From an uncultured Bacteriovoracaceae bacterium (GTDB taxonomy: Bacteria > Bdellovibrionota > UBA2428), in assembly GCA_964636255.1 (NCBI GenBank), contig CAZWNW010000004.1, forward strand, positions 114,076-178,075: DNA of 64,000 bases, read 5' to 3'. Position numbers and translations under genes: made by a program. This document shows positions 48,512 to 58,643 of the stretch, one piece after another (the first letter of the stretch is position 1; each line of letters begins with the position of its first letter). The notes below the pieces were generated by a model that had not been told where the DNA came from, searched no databases, and was given only the letters and a program-made list of their open reading frames with translations.

Positions 48512-48526
48512 CGATAAAGACCGGAA

Positions 48527-49930
48527 TTGGTGAGTTTGCCTATGCTTCGCTTTGCTTTTTCACGGGTGGTGGCGACAGCCGTGGATAAGCACGCACTTGC
48601 GATTCACTGTCCGGCTCCTTTGTCGGCAGGTTGGTTCAAGGAACGTTCAGAAGTCGCTCGCTCAACTCACCTCCTCTCCAGTCTCTTAGACAAATACAAA
48701 TTTGACTCCGAACCGATCTACAAAAGAATTTTAGAAACCGAGCAGCTTGTGAACAAATGGCTAAGAAGTCCCCAGGCAGGACAGTTGGTCAACTGGGTTG
48801 ATCAGAACGATGACTTTTTGAAGGAGCTCTATCAGTGGGCCCAACGCGTGGAGACTAGACTCCCCGAACTCAACCGCCCGGCAACTTCAATCCAAGCTTC
48901 CTCTATCGGAAAGGCCCGCGGACGAGCCGCCGTCAAAGCTGTGGGACGTTACGAAGAGTTACGAAATGCCTATCGGACTGCGCTTGAAATGAGAAGCTGG
49001 AAGATCGATTTGCCTCGCCGCGCCCTAACGAGCGGACTCGCTCTGAGCACATCCTTTTTACTTGATCCCTCTTTTTTCGGAAGCAGCGGCCGCATCGAAG
49101 CTGGATATGACCGTGACCGAAGAACACTCTACGATAAAGTTTTTGAAAATTGGTCCGAATTAGCTTCGAGCTTAAAATCATTTGGGGATTCAAACTGGGA
49201 CTTGCATTTCGGAGCCCGCAGTTGGCAACGCGCGGTTCACTTGTTTGATCTGCTGAACGAAACTTTGAAAACAATTCAGGAAAGGCTTCAAGATCCCACG
49301 CTTGATAACACATTTGCAAATTACCTGAAAATTGAAGCCGCCTATTTCGGTAAAATTCGAGCGGAGACAGATTCTGTCTTGATTTTAATCAATCGGATTT
49401 TACAAGACCTTCAAAGCCCGAATCCTCGATTGAAAGCCGCCTACGAAGATGAATGGGATCGCGCACTAGATGCCGCCCAGCTTTTTATGAACGCGATCAA
49501 AGAAGTGCATGGAAAGAGTTTGGTTCGACACGAAGACCTTCGCCAAGAACCAAGCATGCTGGAAGTACCTCAACCTAACGCTACCCAAAGAAATTATTTA
49601 GAGAGAATTTCATCGATCACAAATGCCTTCGCCTTTGATTTATCTATCGAAGAAATTGTAGGAGAAGCCGAGCGCCGCCTTCGAAGACTTAGATATCCTT
49701 TCCAAAAATCTTTAGCGGTATGGAGTCTTTGTCGCCAGATCTCCGCACTTGCCGCCAAGGCCCAACTTCGTATTCACATGGCCGAGAATTTAGGGCTATA
49801 TGATGGACACGGCTCGGACCCGACACATCCTGATTCCATGCGAATCAGCAAAGCCGAAGACAAAGTACATCTCGTTATTCGAGAACTGAAGCAACAGGAC
49901 TGCGTGTCGGGATCTGAGCTCCTTAATTAG
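48527..49930 (+). CDS. Hypothetical protein (467 aa), no recognisable domain
   Basis: Long ORF with typical codon usage. GTG at 48527 or ATG at 48542. Confidence 0.5.
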   Translation: MVSLPMLRFAFSRVVATAVDKHALAIHCPAPLSAGWFKERSEVARSTHLLSSLLDKYKFDSEPIYKRILETEQLVNKWLRSPQAGQLVNWVDQNDDFLKELYQWAQRVETRLPELNRPATSIQASSIGKARGRAAVKAVGRYEELRNAYRTALEMRSWKIDLPRRALTSGLALSTSFLLDPSFFGSSGRIEAGYDRDRRTLYDKVFENWSELASSLKSFGDSNWDLHFGARSWQRAVHLFDLLNETLKTIQERLQDPTLDNTFANYLKIEAAYFGKIRAETDSVLILINRILQDLQSPNPRLKAAYEDEWDRALDAAQLFMNAIKEVHGKSLVRHEDLRQEPSMLEVPQPNATQRNYLERISSITNAFAFDLSIEEIVGEAERRLRRLRYPFQKSLAVWSLCRQISALAAKAQLRIHMAENLGLYDGHGSDPTHPDSMRISKAEDKVHLVIRELKQQDCVSGSELLN

Positions 49931-50042
49931 CCAATAAATAAGAGTACTTAAATGCAGAGAGCCTGCGTGGAGAGCATAATGACGCACCTTGTCAACCGGC
50001 GCGCGTTTTGCTATCCTCTATGCTTCCTGAAAGGACCCCAAA

Positions 50043-51179
50043 ATGAACATTTCCTGGGAGCAAATATTGTCAGCAGAACCATCTGAACTGTGGACCTTTC
50101 GTTCGAGTTTGCTTTCGTCGTCACCAATGCAATTTTATTCCGAAGTTCTGTATCACTATTTGCTGGGAAATGTTGATTCTCTGGAGCGATTCGTAGCGGA
50201 GCCGGCGCCCCTGGAAGGTGCCGAGGCTCGCATCGTTTGTGAACTCTCGAGTTTGCGACTCCAGATCCGAAAGAAAAAATTGGCGCCGCAAGATCTTGAA
50301 ACTTTCAAATCACAAACACAAATCACCGATCTGTCTCCGCTATGGGCCGGTGAAGTTCACTTTGTATTGGGCAAGGCTTGGGAAACGCTCTTTGAAAATA
50401 ACCGCGCGAGTGCAGCCTATTATCAATCCCATGAATCTTTTGAGGCTGCGAAATTGCTTCGAAAGAGCGTGAAGGCTCTAATGAACTATGTTGCGATGGA
50501 AAGTCGCATTCGAAGTGATCAGCGCTTTATCGCCGACAATTTCTATTTGGCGCGCAAGGCTTTGCAGGTTGGAGAAAAAAGTGTGGCCGCCAACGCCTAT
50601 ATGAATATCTCCCGCGAATATCAAAAACTAGGAGCCCTCTCGGTCGCATTGAAATACGCCAACGAAGCGCTGGATCTTGTGCCCGATCAATTCGGGACTT
50701 TGCACTATGAACATATCGGTGTTCACCGTTGTCACATCTTGTTTCAAATGGGGCGACTGGCGGAAGCTCAGCTGGAATTTGAAAAGGCTCAGGTAAGTGC
50801 GTTCAGCGAGATTCGAGCTGCCGCTGGTGTGGTGAAAAAAGCTTTGAAGTCTGCTGAATCATCGGCTCCAGAGGCTGAGCTCTCACCGGTCTGGAAGGAA
50901 AGACTTGCGGAGCTCCGCGTGGGCCAGGAAAGTGAACCATTGAGCGAGCGCGAAAGTCAGCTCTTGGACCTACTTAGCCGACAGCCTCGCACCAAGCACG
51001 AGCTGATTGATTTGTTGTACCCCAAAGAAACCGCCGCATACTTGTTACTCGAGGATCGAGTGAAAGAGCTTATCAAGCGGCTCAGGAGAAAGAGAGCTCA
51101 ACTCATCATCTTTGAAGATGGGAAATATCGCCTGAGCGAGGTCATTTTTTTGAGCGCACGAGATCGCCAACATGCTTAA
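50043..51179 (+). CDS. Putative regulator: N-terminal TPR-like helical repeats + C-terminal OmpR/PhoB-type winged-helix DNA-binding domain
   Basis: C-terminus LSERESQLLDLLSRQPRTKHELIDLLYPKE...RVKELIKRLRRK...YRLSE resembles the trans_reg_C fold. No receiver domain. Confidence 0.55.
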   Translation: MNISWEQILSAEPSELWTFRSSLLSSSPMQFYSEVLYHYLLGNVDSLERFVAEPAPLEGAEARIVCELSSLRLQIRKKKLAPQDLETFKSQTQITDLSPLWAGEVHFVLGKAWETLFENNRASAAYYQSHESFEAAKLLRKSVKALMNYVAMESRIRSDQRFIADNFYLARKALQVGEKSVAANAYMNISREYQKLGALSVALKYANEALDLVPDQFGTLHYEHIGVHRCHILFQMGRLAEAQLEFEKAQVSAFSEIRAAAGVVKKALKSAESSAPEAELSPVWKERLAELRVGQESEPLSERESQLLDLLSRQPRTKHELIDLLYPKETAAYLLLEDRVKELIKRLRRKRAQLIIFEDGKYRLSEVIFLSARDRQHA

Positions 51180-52749
51180 GGAACTGCGCGGCTTCTCAAT
51201 TCTTGCTGCCCTAGCGGCGGCCGTGGCCACGTTCGCGAATCCGCAGACGAAGCCGCCAAACCAGCCCAAGTTGGATCGCCGATTGCATGACCGATTCCAA
51301 AACGATCCCGCTTTGCGCCCTTGGCTTTTAGAAGTCTCGTCGCAATATTCGGTTGAGGGAGAAAAAAAGGCCGTTCGGATAACGGGATCTGGATTTGTCC
51401 TCTGTGATCTGCTCGATGGAAAAATTCAATTTTATCTAGCCTCGGCCAGCCATGTGACCGGGGGTCAGCAAATGCAAGTTCGCGTGAGACTCGAGGATCA
51501 GTCGGTCGAGCTAAAAGCAAGACCACACTTCGTTGATGGATTCGCCGACCTGTCGACTTTCAAACTCGATGGCGATGACCCGGCATTGTTGCTGGAACTT
51601 TGTTTGGCCCGGCTCCATCGGCATTCATCGACGTTAATTGTGGAGAGACCGGTGACTCGTTCGTGGCGCGAGGATTTCTTTAAAGAACTATTGCCCGGCA
51701 TTTCGCAGAGCTTAGGCGAAACAACGCAAGTTCCCTTGCCGATTTGGGCGAAAGCGTTCGAAATCAAAGCGAGCCCAAGTTCAACGTCGCAGAATCTTTT
51801 CTATACGGGTTTTGGCGACGAGTTGGTGAGCGTTGCGCGCGTGCCACGTGGAAGCAGCGGCGGACCGGTTTTGCAGTACATGCCTTTTGACGATCAGACC
51901 TATCTGCTAGGTTCGGCCCTTCGTAAAACCCGATATTTCGAGTCCAGTTTTTTTTCAACGGCTTCCAAGATCTACGAGATGATCGAATCAGGTTTGCGCG
52001 GTGACGATTCGCCCTCAAGGTCGATCGTCTGGCAAATGGAAAACGGTATCCTTTACCGAATCCAACCCACTACGGCTTCGGCTGAGATCAACCGCTCGAC
52101 ATTTTTTAACGGCAATGGCGGCAGTGTTGACGGTGGGAATGGGGGATCGGTCGACGGCGGCGGTGAAGACGGTGACGCTCGGGCTGTGCTACCCATTGCG
52201 GATGTCAGCACCGAGATTATTTATCGGAATGAAACGATCATCGCTTTTCAAATTCCGGCAAGCTCTCACGTCCAAAAAGCATTTATGATTCCCGCCTACT
52301 TTCAGGCGCTCGGTCGAAAAGAGTTGTCGGATTGGACGCCAATCACGCAAGGCTCCAAGATTCCCCCGATTATAGCCGCAAGATTCAATCGCAAGCTTCC
52401 CTTCAATGTTGAAATCGAGGGTGCCCGACTTGAAGTTACGGAAGAGGGGATTCGGCTGGAGCTGCATCAAAGTAACGGTGATCGCATTCAGGTTCGACTT
52501 AACGAATTCGGTTCCCAGGACGCCATGGGACAAAGTTTTAAATCGCTGGTGGTCACCCAGTCGGAACTGGGACACGGAGTAATTCTGGATCTTGCGAATT
52601 TCGTCTTTCACGATCCTTATCAAATGCGCATACCTATGAACTTTGCGGGTCGGAGCTCGGAGTCTCAGTGGTGGAATGCCGAGCTGCAGGATCTGGCGCC
52701 ATCGATCACATTCAAAGTGAACGGTGCGGTTGAAGAAATTAGTTTTTAA
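51172..52749 (+). CDS. Secreted trypsin-like (S1/chymotrypsin-fold) serine protease with Gly-rich linker and C-terminal domain
   Basis: Signal peptide. His region ASASHVTGG. Ser region GSSGGPV (GDSGGP variant). Start overlaps the upstream regulator gene by 8 nt. Confidence 0.7.
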   Translation: MLKELRGFSILAALAAAVATFANPQTKPPNQPKLDRRLHDRFQNDPALRPWLLEVSSQYSVEGEKKAVRITGSGFVLCDLLDGKIQFYLASASHVTGGQQMQVRVRLEDQSVELKARPHFVDGFADLSTFKLDGDDPALLLELCLARLHRHSSTLIVERPVTRSWREDFFKELLPGISQSLGETTQVPLPIWAKAFEIKASPSSTSQNLFYTGFGDELVSVARVPRGSSGGPVLQYMPFDDQTYLLGSALRKTRYFESSFFSTASKIYEMIESGLRGDDSPSRSIVWQMENGILYRIQPTTASAEINRSTFFNGNGGSVDGGNGGSVDGGGEDGDARAVLPIADVSTEIIYRNETIIAFQIPASSHVQKAFMIPAYFQALGRKELSDWTPITQGSKIPPIIAARFNRKLPFNVEIEGARLEVTEEGIRLELHQSNGDRIQVRLNEFGSQDAMGQSFKSLVVTQSELGHGVILDLANFVFHDPYQMRIPMNFAGRSSESQWWNAELQDLAPSITFKVNGAVEEISF

Positions 52750-53441
52750 CGAACGCGCTCGATCAAGGTATTTTCCACAAACGATCTCCGCTCAGCGACC
52801 ACACCCGCAGCCCGATGCCTTCTCAAGAAAATTGAGGCCGCCTTTTGGCCGAGCTTCTCGATATCTGCAGAACTATCGGCCTTTCCAAGCTCGGTGAGCA
52901 GGGAAAGAATTTTGGTTTCGTCTAGGGCGCCAACCCTTCCCGAATAAACGAGCGCTAATGTTAATGCGGCGGCGGCTTTCTGGGGCATCTGGTGCACGTT
53001 TTGAAAGCGCAGGTAGAGATCGGTGATTGTGCTGGGATTGGGTAGTTGACCATTTGCCTCAAACACGATGACGGATTCCAGAAAGAGAAGCTTGGTGCGA
53101 TCCGATTCTGAGTTCCCCAGGCTCATGTGAATTTCATCCAAGGTCTCGGCCAAGTGGGGCAGGCCTAATTTTTCGATTCCAAAGCGTGCGAGAGTTTCCG
53201 CGATGTCGGCTATGTCACTCGCACCGAAGCCCAATTGATGGGCCAAATCTTGGCATAGTAGCTGCACGTTCTGCAGAAAGTGCTCGGATTGCCGGATCGA
53301 ATGCGGGGTTGGATTCAGTTTCTCGCTGCAGTCGCCTGTGGCTGCCTCCTCACTGGCTTTGCCCGTAGCGGATAAATGCAATGTGGCTGTAAGCAGTGAA
53401 AATTTTAAAAATCTTTTGGTTTTCATTGGATAGTCCCCCAA
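52746..53441 (-). CDS. Secreted hypothetical protein (231 aa)
   Basis: Signal peptide. Last gene of a three-gene minus-strand operon. Confidence 0.45.
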   Translation of the reverse strand: MGDYPMKTKRFLKFSLLTATLHLSATGKASEEAATGDCSEKLNPTPHSIRQSEHFLQNVQLLCQDLAHQLGFGASDIADIAETLARFGIEKLGLPHLAETLDEIHMSLGNSESDRTKLLFLESVIVFEANGQLPNPSTITDLYLRFQNVHQMPQKAAAALTLALVYSGRVGALDETKILSLLTELGKADSSADIEKLGQKAASIFLRRHRAAGVVAERRSFVENTLIERVR

Positions 53442-54412
53442 ATGCCCCAGCCACAGCCTGCGGCTGGCTGGGATAATTGTACGTTCGCAATCTCGATCAA
53501 GGGCGTCCAGGGCCGCTCACGCCAGGTGATAGAGAATTTGGCCCAAAGCTGGCTACCCGGTACAGGCCCACAGGCGAGCTCCACGATAATATCTCGACCG
53601 TCTTTTAATCGGCCGCCATAGCGAAGGATTTTGCTCTTGGTCCATGGCGAGACGAGGGTTTGCAGGATTCTAAGCGGTAAATCCTTTTCGGCGAATCCTC
53701 CAATCGCAGGCACTTGATACCCAGGTCCCGCATCAATTTGAGGTCGACCGGTATAATTTGCAGACACGATCATTTGACGGGCGTCGGGTCCCGCCTCGAG
53801 ACGTGCGTGTCGAAGTCCTCGTTCAATTTCATGGATCGATTCGGGATTTCTCAGGACCTGCGCGGAGGAGGGAATCTCGACCGTGGGCAAAATAAAGATT
53901 CCCGTGATCTCTCGGTACTCGAATTCCCAGCCGCCGCTTCGATACTGATCGCCACGCCCATGAGTCATTTCGCTTCGGCTTAATTTTCGCTGGAAGTCAT
54001 GGTGGTCGCCCACGATGGCCGTGCCTCCACTAAAGGAAAACTTAAGGTCGCCTCGTCCAATTTTAAGATCCGTGCTTTCAATTTTCCCAGAGAATCGCGT
54101 GGAATTCTCTTTTTCACCGGTACGGATCACGATCGATCGACCACGTTCATGCAAGTGGTTCAACACTCGACGAATTTCACCGTAAGCGGCATAGACATCG
54201 CGGTTGAGCGTGGGAAGAAACCAATAGCCGACCGGTAGGTCCGCATCTTTCCAATCAGCGGCGAGCGAGATTTTTGAAATTTGATGAACTGGCGCCATTC
54301 CTGGATTTTTTTCAAGCGACAAAGCGCAGTTGGCTGCCCAGACTTTCACTGCGCTGAACGCGATTAATATTGAATAGAATAAAACGAATTTAGGTTTCAT
54401 GTCGGTCCCCAT
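53423..54412 (-). CDS. Secreted hypothetical protein (329 aa)
   Basis: Signal peptide KFVLFYSILIAFSAVKVWA. Confidence 0.45.
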   Translation of the reverse strand: MGTDMKPKFVLFYSILIAFSAVKVWAANCALSLEKNPGMAPVHQISKISLAADWKDADLPVGYWFLPTLNRDVYAAYGEIRRVLNHLHERGRSIVIRTGEKENSTRFSGKIESTDLKIGRGDLKFSFSGGTAIVGDHHDFQRKLSRSEMTHGRGDQYRSGGWEFEYREITGIFILPTVEIPSSAQVLRNPESIHEIERGLRHARLEAGPDARQMIVSANYTGRPQIDAGPGYQVPAIGGFAEKDLPLRILQTLVSPWTKSKILRYGGRLKDGRDIIVELACGPVPGSQLWAKFSITWRERPWTPLIEIANVQLSQPAAGCGWGIWGTIQ

Positions 54413-54422
54413 TCTCTTTCAC

Positions 54423-55208
54423 TTATTGGTGCACAGTTTTCCGACAAGCTTGAATTTGCAAAGCCAAATTGCGAGCAAACACCCGCTCAACAATGATTTG
54501 GCTTTGGGTCTTCAAGAGCTTGGAATCCTGATGATCGGAATATCGAACGCTGGCCATGGGAATCAGGGCGGCGGCGAACACCGGAAGGCCGAAGCGGGCC
54601 ATTCGAAGGTCAGTTAAGTCTCTTGAGAAAATCAACACCAGGCCCGAAGCCAGCGAACCAATGGCTCCGATCAATTCACCAACTCGAGAAAAAACATAAG
54701 ATTTTTTCCCATATCGTGCGTAAATTTTGTTTTGAACTTCGTCAGAGCGTTCCTGAAGTTCTTGAAGATCAATTCCGGAAATCAATAAAAACTGCCTGCC
54801 ATTTTTGGTCACATAAGTTCGCTGTTGGACAGCTGCGGGAAACATTTCTGCATAGATCCAAAAAAGCGCTTGCAGATCCGTGCATCCAACTTCTTTGAGT
54901 GTTTTAAAAAGCCAGCCCAAGGCTTCGTTGGAAGCTTCGCCATTGTGCAATTCAGAGAAACTTTTTGCGAGCAATTTCCCGACCCGATGGGCATCTAGAT
55001 CGGAAATTTTCGCTTGGCGCAAAGTGTTGCGGATGACTTGGTTCAGCCGAGCTTCCCGGGGGTTGAGTTCTCGGGCATCCAGCGCTTGGGTCAAATCCAG
55101 GTCGAAGTCAATCGGCGGAAGCTCCGCAAAAGAGACCGTTGAGGTGAGACAAAACAGGACTAAGAGGTAGATTTTTCGCATAGGTTGCTTGTACTTAATG
55201 CGTCGCAT
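54423..55208 (-). CDS. Secreted hypothetical protein (261 aa)
   Basis: Signal peptide IYLLVLFCLTSTVSFA. Confidence 0.45.
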   Translation of the reverse strand: MRRIKYKQPMRKIYLLVLFCLTSTVSFAELPPIDFDLDLTQALDARELNPREARLNQVIRNTLRQAKISDLDAHRVGKLLAKSFSELHNGEASNEALGWLFKTLKEVGCTDLQALFWIYAEMFPAAVQQRTYVTKNGRQFLLISGIDLQELQERSDEVQNKIYARYGKKSYVFSRVGELIGAIGSLASGLVLIFSRDLTDLRMARFGLPVFAAALIPMASVRYSDHQDSKLLKTQSQIIVERVFARNLALQIQACRKTVHQ

Positions 55209-55331
55209 CAGAGACGAGGGAGAATGGGGGAGAGATGATTCATCTCTTTGAATTATTTGTATTTAAGCTGCAATATTGAGAAATTTGCCACGATTGACTC
55301 ATTGCGATAGAAGTTCCGGCGAGGCGGTTAG

Positions 55332-57155
55332 GTGGAATCTCTTTGGGGAATTTATAGGGTCTTCGGCTCTCTTTTTTTATGGGCGATGCTTTGCCTTAAC
55401 TTATCCGCTCAGGCCGGATCGCCTACTGACGCGCTGATCCAATCTTTGCAGCAGATGATTCAAGGAGAATACAACGAGAAGACTCTCGCCTTTTATTTGG
55501 GCCAAAGCATTGATCGCTACACCGATTCACATGGACGCGTCACACGAGAGCTGCAGGAAGTTCTCTACTGGTTAGAGCGCGAGGCCATCGAAACGGCCCC
55601 CCTCGATACTCAAAAAGAGTTCCAACGCATTGTTGCTCGAGTTGGTGGAAAAGTTCGCGGAAAAATTCTCATACCCGAAGACAAATTTCCATTTTGGTTA
55701 CGTGATCTTCACTTAGCGGCCGATAGCAAACTCATGAGCCGACTGCGAGAGGCCGGTAACTCGGATGAAATCATGGCCCAATTTCCTTTTGCAGAATTTC
55801 ATTCGCAGAAATCGCTTTCTACGGAAGCTGATGTTGTCATCGTGGGCGCCGGTTTGACCGGAGCAAACGTGATGTTTTTCCTCCTCGACGCCATCCGAAA
55901 AGGTCTGCGGGTCATTGTCATCGACTCAAACCTGGCAGACAGCGCCAGTTTTCGAAACGGCGGCAATTTCGAAGCGATGCCCGAAAGTTTTCTCGGTGAC
56001 TATGAAGGGCTTCGCGAAGAGCGTGTTAAGTATCTCCGTCTCACGCGCCCTTACATGAACGAAGATGAAATCCAAAAAATGGCCACCCACCAAGCCGAAT
56101 GGATTCTCAAGTGGTGCACGGCAAATGTTCAACATGTGATGGATCACTACCAAAAAGATGGCATCGAAGCATTTGCCAACCCAAAAGGCTGGTTACGAAT
56201 GGCCGAAACCGCCGCGGAAGAAGCCGCGCTTCGTGCAGAGGTAGAAAGCGCGCAAGGTCTTGGACTTGAATTCGAGTACTGGTCCAAAGAGCGCATCCAA
56301 GAAGAATTGAAGATTCCTGCGAAGTTTGGCGGCCGCATGGCTCTCAAAAGTGGCAACTATCACCCTGGACGTTTGGTAACTCAACTCTTACAAAAAGGAC
56401 TCGAAGCAGGTGCCGAAATGCATCTCGGCACAAGAGTGCTTTCGCAGAAAAAAGTCGCCGGCGGCTACGAGATAAAAACAAGTTTTGGCACAGTTAAAAC
56501 CAAGCATTTGGTCGCCGGAACCAATGCCTTTACCCGCGACCTAATTCCCGAACTGGCTCCGGTCATTCATCCCTTTCAGTCTCACATCGCCAACTGGGAA
56601 CATGTGCGCTTGCCATCAAAGTCTCCGGCTGCCAGTGCCACCTGGACTTGGAATCTCGGGGATGGATATGGACATTTCCGCTGGGAAACTATTTATGCGA
56701 ATGGAAAATTCGAGAATCGCGGGATGTTCCACATCGGCGGCGGTCGCGACATCCCTGCCAACTCAACTCGAATTTCGGAACTTAACCGTGATCCCGAAGT
56801 TTTCGAAAGCATCGTCGCGAACATCAACGAAAAGCTGCCGGAAACCCAGGGCCAGCCTCCCACTCGCTTTTGGACAGGCTTGATGGGATTTACGCCCGAT
56901 CGATTTCCACTCGTTGGGGCCTTGGACACTAATTTCTGGATCGCCGCAGGCTACAACGGATACGGAGGATCATGGTCCCTCCATGCCGCCTATGAAATCG
57001 CACAGATGATTCAAAACGGCAAAGGTTCCGAACTCTACAACGAAAACTATTTATCGCCGCACCGTTTTTTCAACGGCAGCGCGCTGAATCCGCTGGGTCG
57101 GGCTTTTGCAAACGACGATCCCTGCGCCGTGGCCCTAGCAAAGAAAAAGGAGTGA
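55332..57155 (+). CDS. FAD-dependent oxidoreductase (DadA/PuuB-like amine oxidase family) with ~160-aa N-terminal signal-anchored extension
   Basis: Rossmann VVIVGAGLTGANV at residue ~170. N-terminal hydrophobic FGSLFLWAMLCLNLSAQA. Confidence 0.7.
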   Translation: MESLWGIYRVFGSLFLWAMLCLNLSAQAGSPTDALIQSLQQMIQGEYNEKTLAFYLGQSIDRYTDSHGRVTRELQEVLYWLEREAIETAPLDTQKEFQRIVARVGGKVRGKILIPEDKFPFWLRDLHLAADSKLMSRLREAGNSDEIMAQFPFAEFHSQKSLSTEADVVIVGAGLTGANVMFFLLDAIRKGLRVIVIDSNLADSASFRNGGNFEAMPESFLGDYEGLREERVKYLRLTRPYMNEDEIQKMATHQAEWILKWCTANVQHVMDHYQKDGIEAFANPKGWLRMAETAAEEAALRAEVESAQGLGLEFEYWSKERIQEELKIPAKFGGRMALKSGNYHPGRLVTQLLQKGLEAGAEMHLGTRVLSQKKVAGGYEIKTSFGTVKTKHLVAGTNAFTRDLIPELAPVIHPFQSHIANWEHVRLPSKSPAASATWTWNLGDGYGHFRWETIYANGKFENRGMFHIGGGRDIPANSTRISELNRDPEVFESIVANINEKLPETQGQPPTRFWTGLMGFTPDRFPLVGALDTNFWIAAGYNGYGGSWSLHAAYEIAQMIQNGKGSELYNENYLSPHRFFNGSALNPLGRAFANDDPCAVALAKKKE

Positions 57156-57160
57156 GAGAA

Positions 57161-58639
57161 ATGACAACAAAAATTCGTGAATATGAAATGATGGTAGACG
57201 GTAAATTTATCAAAGCGAAAAACAGCGCGACCCGAGAGCTTCGTGACCCGGCGAGCGGTGAAATTGTTGCCCGCGTTCCAGAAGCGGGACGCGAGGACGC
57301 CTTCATGGCAATCGAAGCCGCACGCAAAGCCTTTGACCAAGGTCCCTGGCGAAAAACATCGGCACTGGAGCGTGGGAAAATTCTCTTCAAAGTCGCAGAT
57401 GCGATTCGCGCCCAAGCCAAAGAACTTGCGGAACTTGAGGTCCGCAGCTGCGGAAAACCTCTCGCAGAAGCCGAATTCGACGTTCAAGATGCGGCAAACT
57501 GTTTTGAATTTTACGCAGGCCTGGCCACTAAAATCCACGGCGAAACGATGAGCGTACCCGCGAATTCCCTAAGCTTTGTCGTGCGCGAGCCCATTGGAGT
57601 TTGCGGACAAATCATTCCATGGAATTATCCACTTCTGATGGCAGCGTGGAAACTGGCTCCCGCATTGGCGGCTGGAAACACCTGTGTTCTGAAGCCTTCG
57701 GAACTCACACCTCTCACTGCCTTGGAACTTGCAAAGATTTTTGTGGCGCTGGAATTACCCGCGGGTGTGGTGAACATCATCACTGGCGCGGGAAATGAGG
57801 CGGGTGATGAACTCGCCTCAAATCCAAAGGTCGATAAAATTGCCTTCACCGGCGGCACCGTTACTGGTCGAAAGATCATGACTTCCGCGACTGGAAATCT
57901 GAAAAAAGTCACACTTGAACTGGGCGGAAAAAATCCCAACATCGTTTTTGCGGATGCCGATTTCGAATCTGCAGTGGATGGCGCCCTCTTTGCTGCATTC
58001 GCAAACCAAGGCGAAGTCTGTTCGGCAGGCTCGCGACTCTTGGTCGAAAGATCGATCCACAAAAAATTGGTCGAAGCCTTAGTCGCGAAAGTTCCGCGTA
58101 TTAAATTGGGCCATGGCTTAAGCACCGGCGTAAAAATGGGCCCCCTAGTTTCTGCCGCGCATCGCGAAAAAGTCGAATCTTATATCCAGATCGGAAAAGC
58201 TGAAGGTGCACGCCTCGTTTGTGGTGGTAAGCGCCCCACAGGAAAAGACTTCGATTCGGGTAATTTTCTTGAGCCCACCATCTTCGACGATGTGACACCC
58301 TCGATGCGCATCGCGCGCGAAGAAATTTTTGGACCGGTGCTTTCCGTCATTCCATTCTCCACGGAAGAAGAAGCCATTCAGATCGCCAACGATTCTGAAT
58401 ATGGATTGGCTGCCGGGGTTTGGACACTGAACGTAAACCGCGCCCTTCGAGTAGTGCGGGAACTGCGTGCCGGCATCACTTGGGTGAACACTTATCACCC
58501 AACATTCAACGAAATGCCTTGGGGTGGCTACAAACAAAGCGGCACCGGCCGCGAACTCGGCCTCTATGGCATCGAGGCTTATATGGAAGTAAAACAGGTG
58601 AACATCAACCTGGATGAAGCTCCGATTGCTTGGTACTGA
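57161..58639 (+). CDS. NAD(P)-dependent aldehyde dehydrogenase (aminobutyraldehyde/betaine-aldehyde DH-like)
   Basis: ALDH catalytic Cys region GEVCSAGSR. Glu region LELGGKNP. RBS AAGGAG. Confidence 0.9.
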   Translation: MTTKIREYEMMVDGKFIKAKNSATRELRDPASGEIVARVPEAGREDAFMAIEAARKAFDQGPWRKTSALERGKILFKVADAIRAQAKELAELEVRSCGKPLAEAEFDVQDAANCFEFYAGLATKIHGETMSVPANSLSFVVREPIGVCGQIIPWNYPLLMAAWKLAPALAAGNTCVLKPSELTPLTALELAKIFVALELPAGVVNIITGAGNEAGDELASNPKVDKIAFTGGTVTGRKIMTSATGNLKKVTLELGGKNPNIVFADADFESAVDGALFAAFANQGEVCSAGSRLLVERSIHKKLVEALVAKVPRIKLGHGLSTGVKMGPLVSAAHREKVESYIQIGKAEGARLVCGGKRPTGKDFDSGNFLEPTIFDDVTPSMRIAREEIFGPVLSVIPFSTEEEAIQIANDSEYGLAAGVWTLNVNRALRVVRELRAGITWVNTYHPTFNEMPWGGYKQSGTGRELGLYGIEAYMEVKQVNINLDEAPIAWY

Positions 58640-58643
58640 TTTT

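Noticed and set aside
57625-58125. 166-aa minus-strand ORF
   Set aside because: Antisense to the aldehyde dehydrogenase gene.
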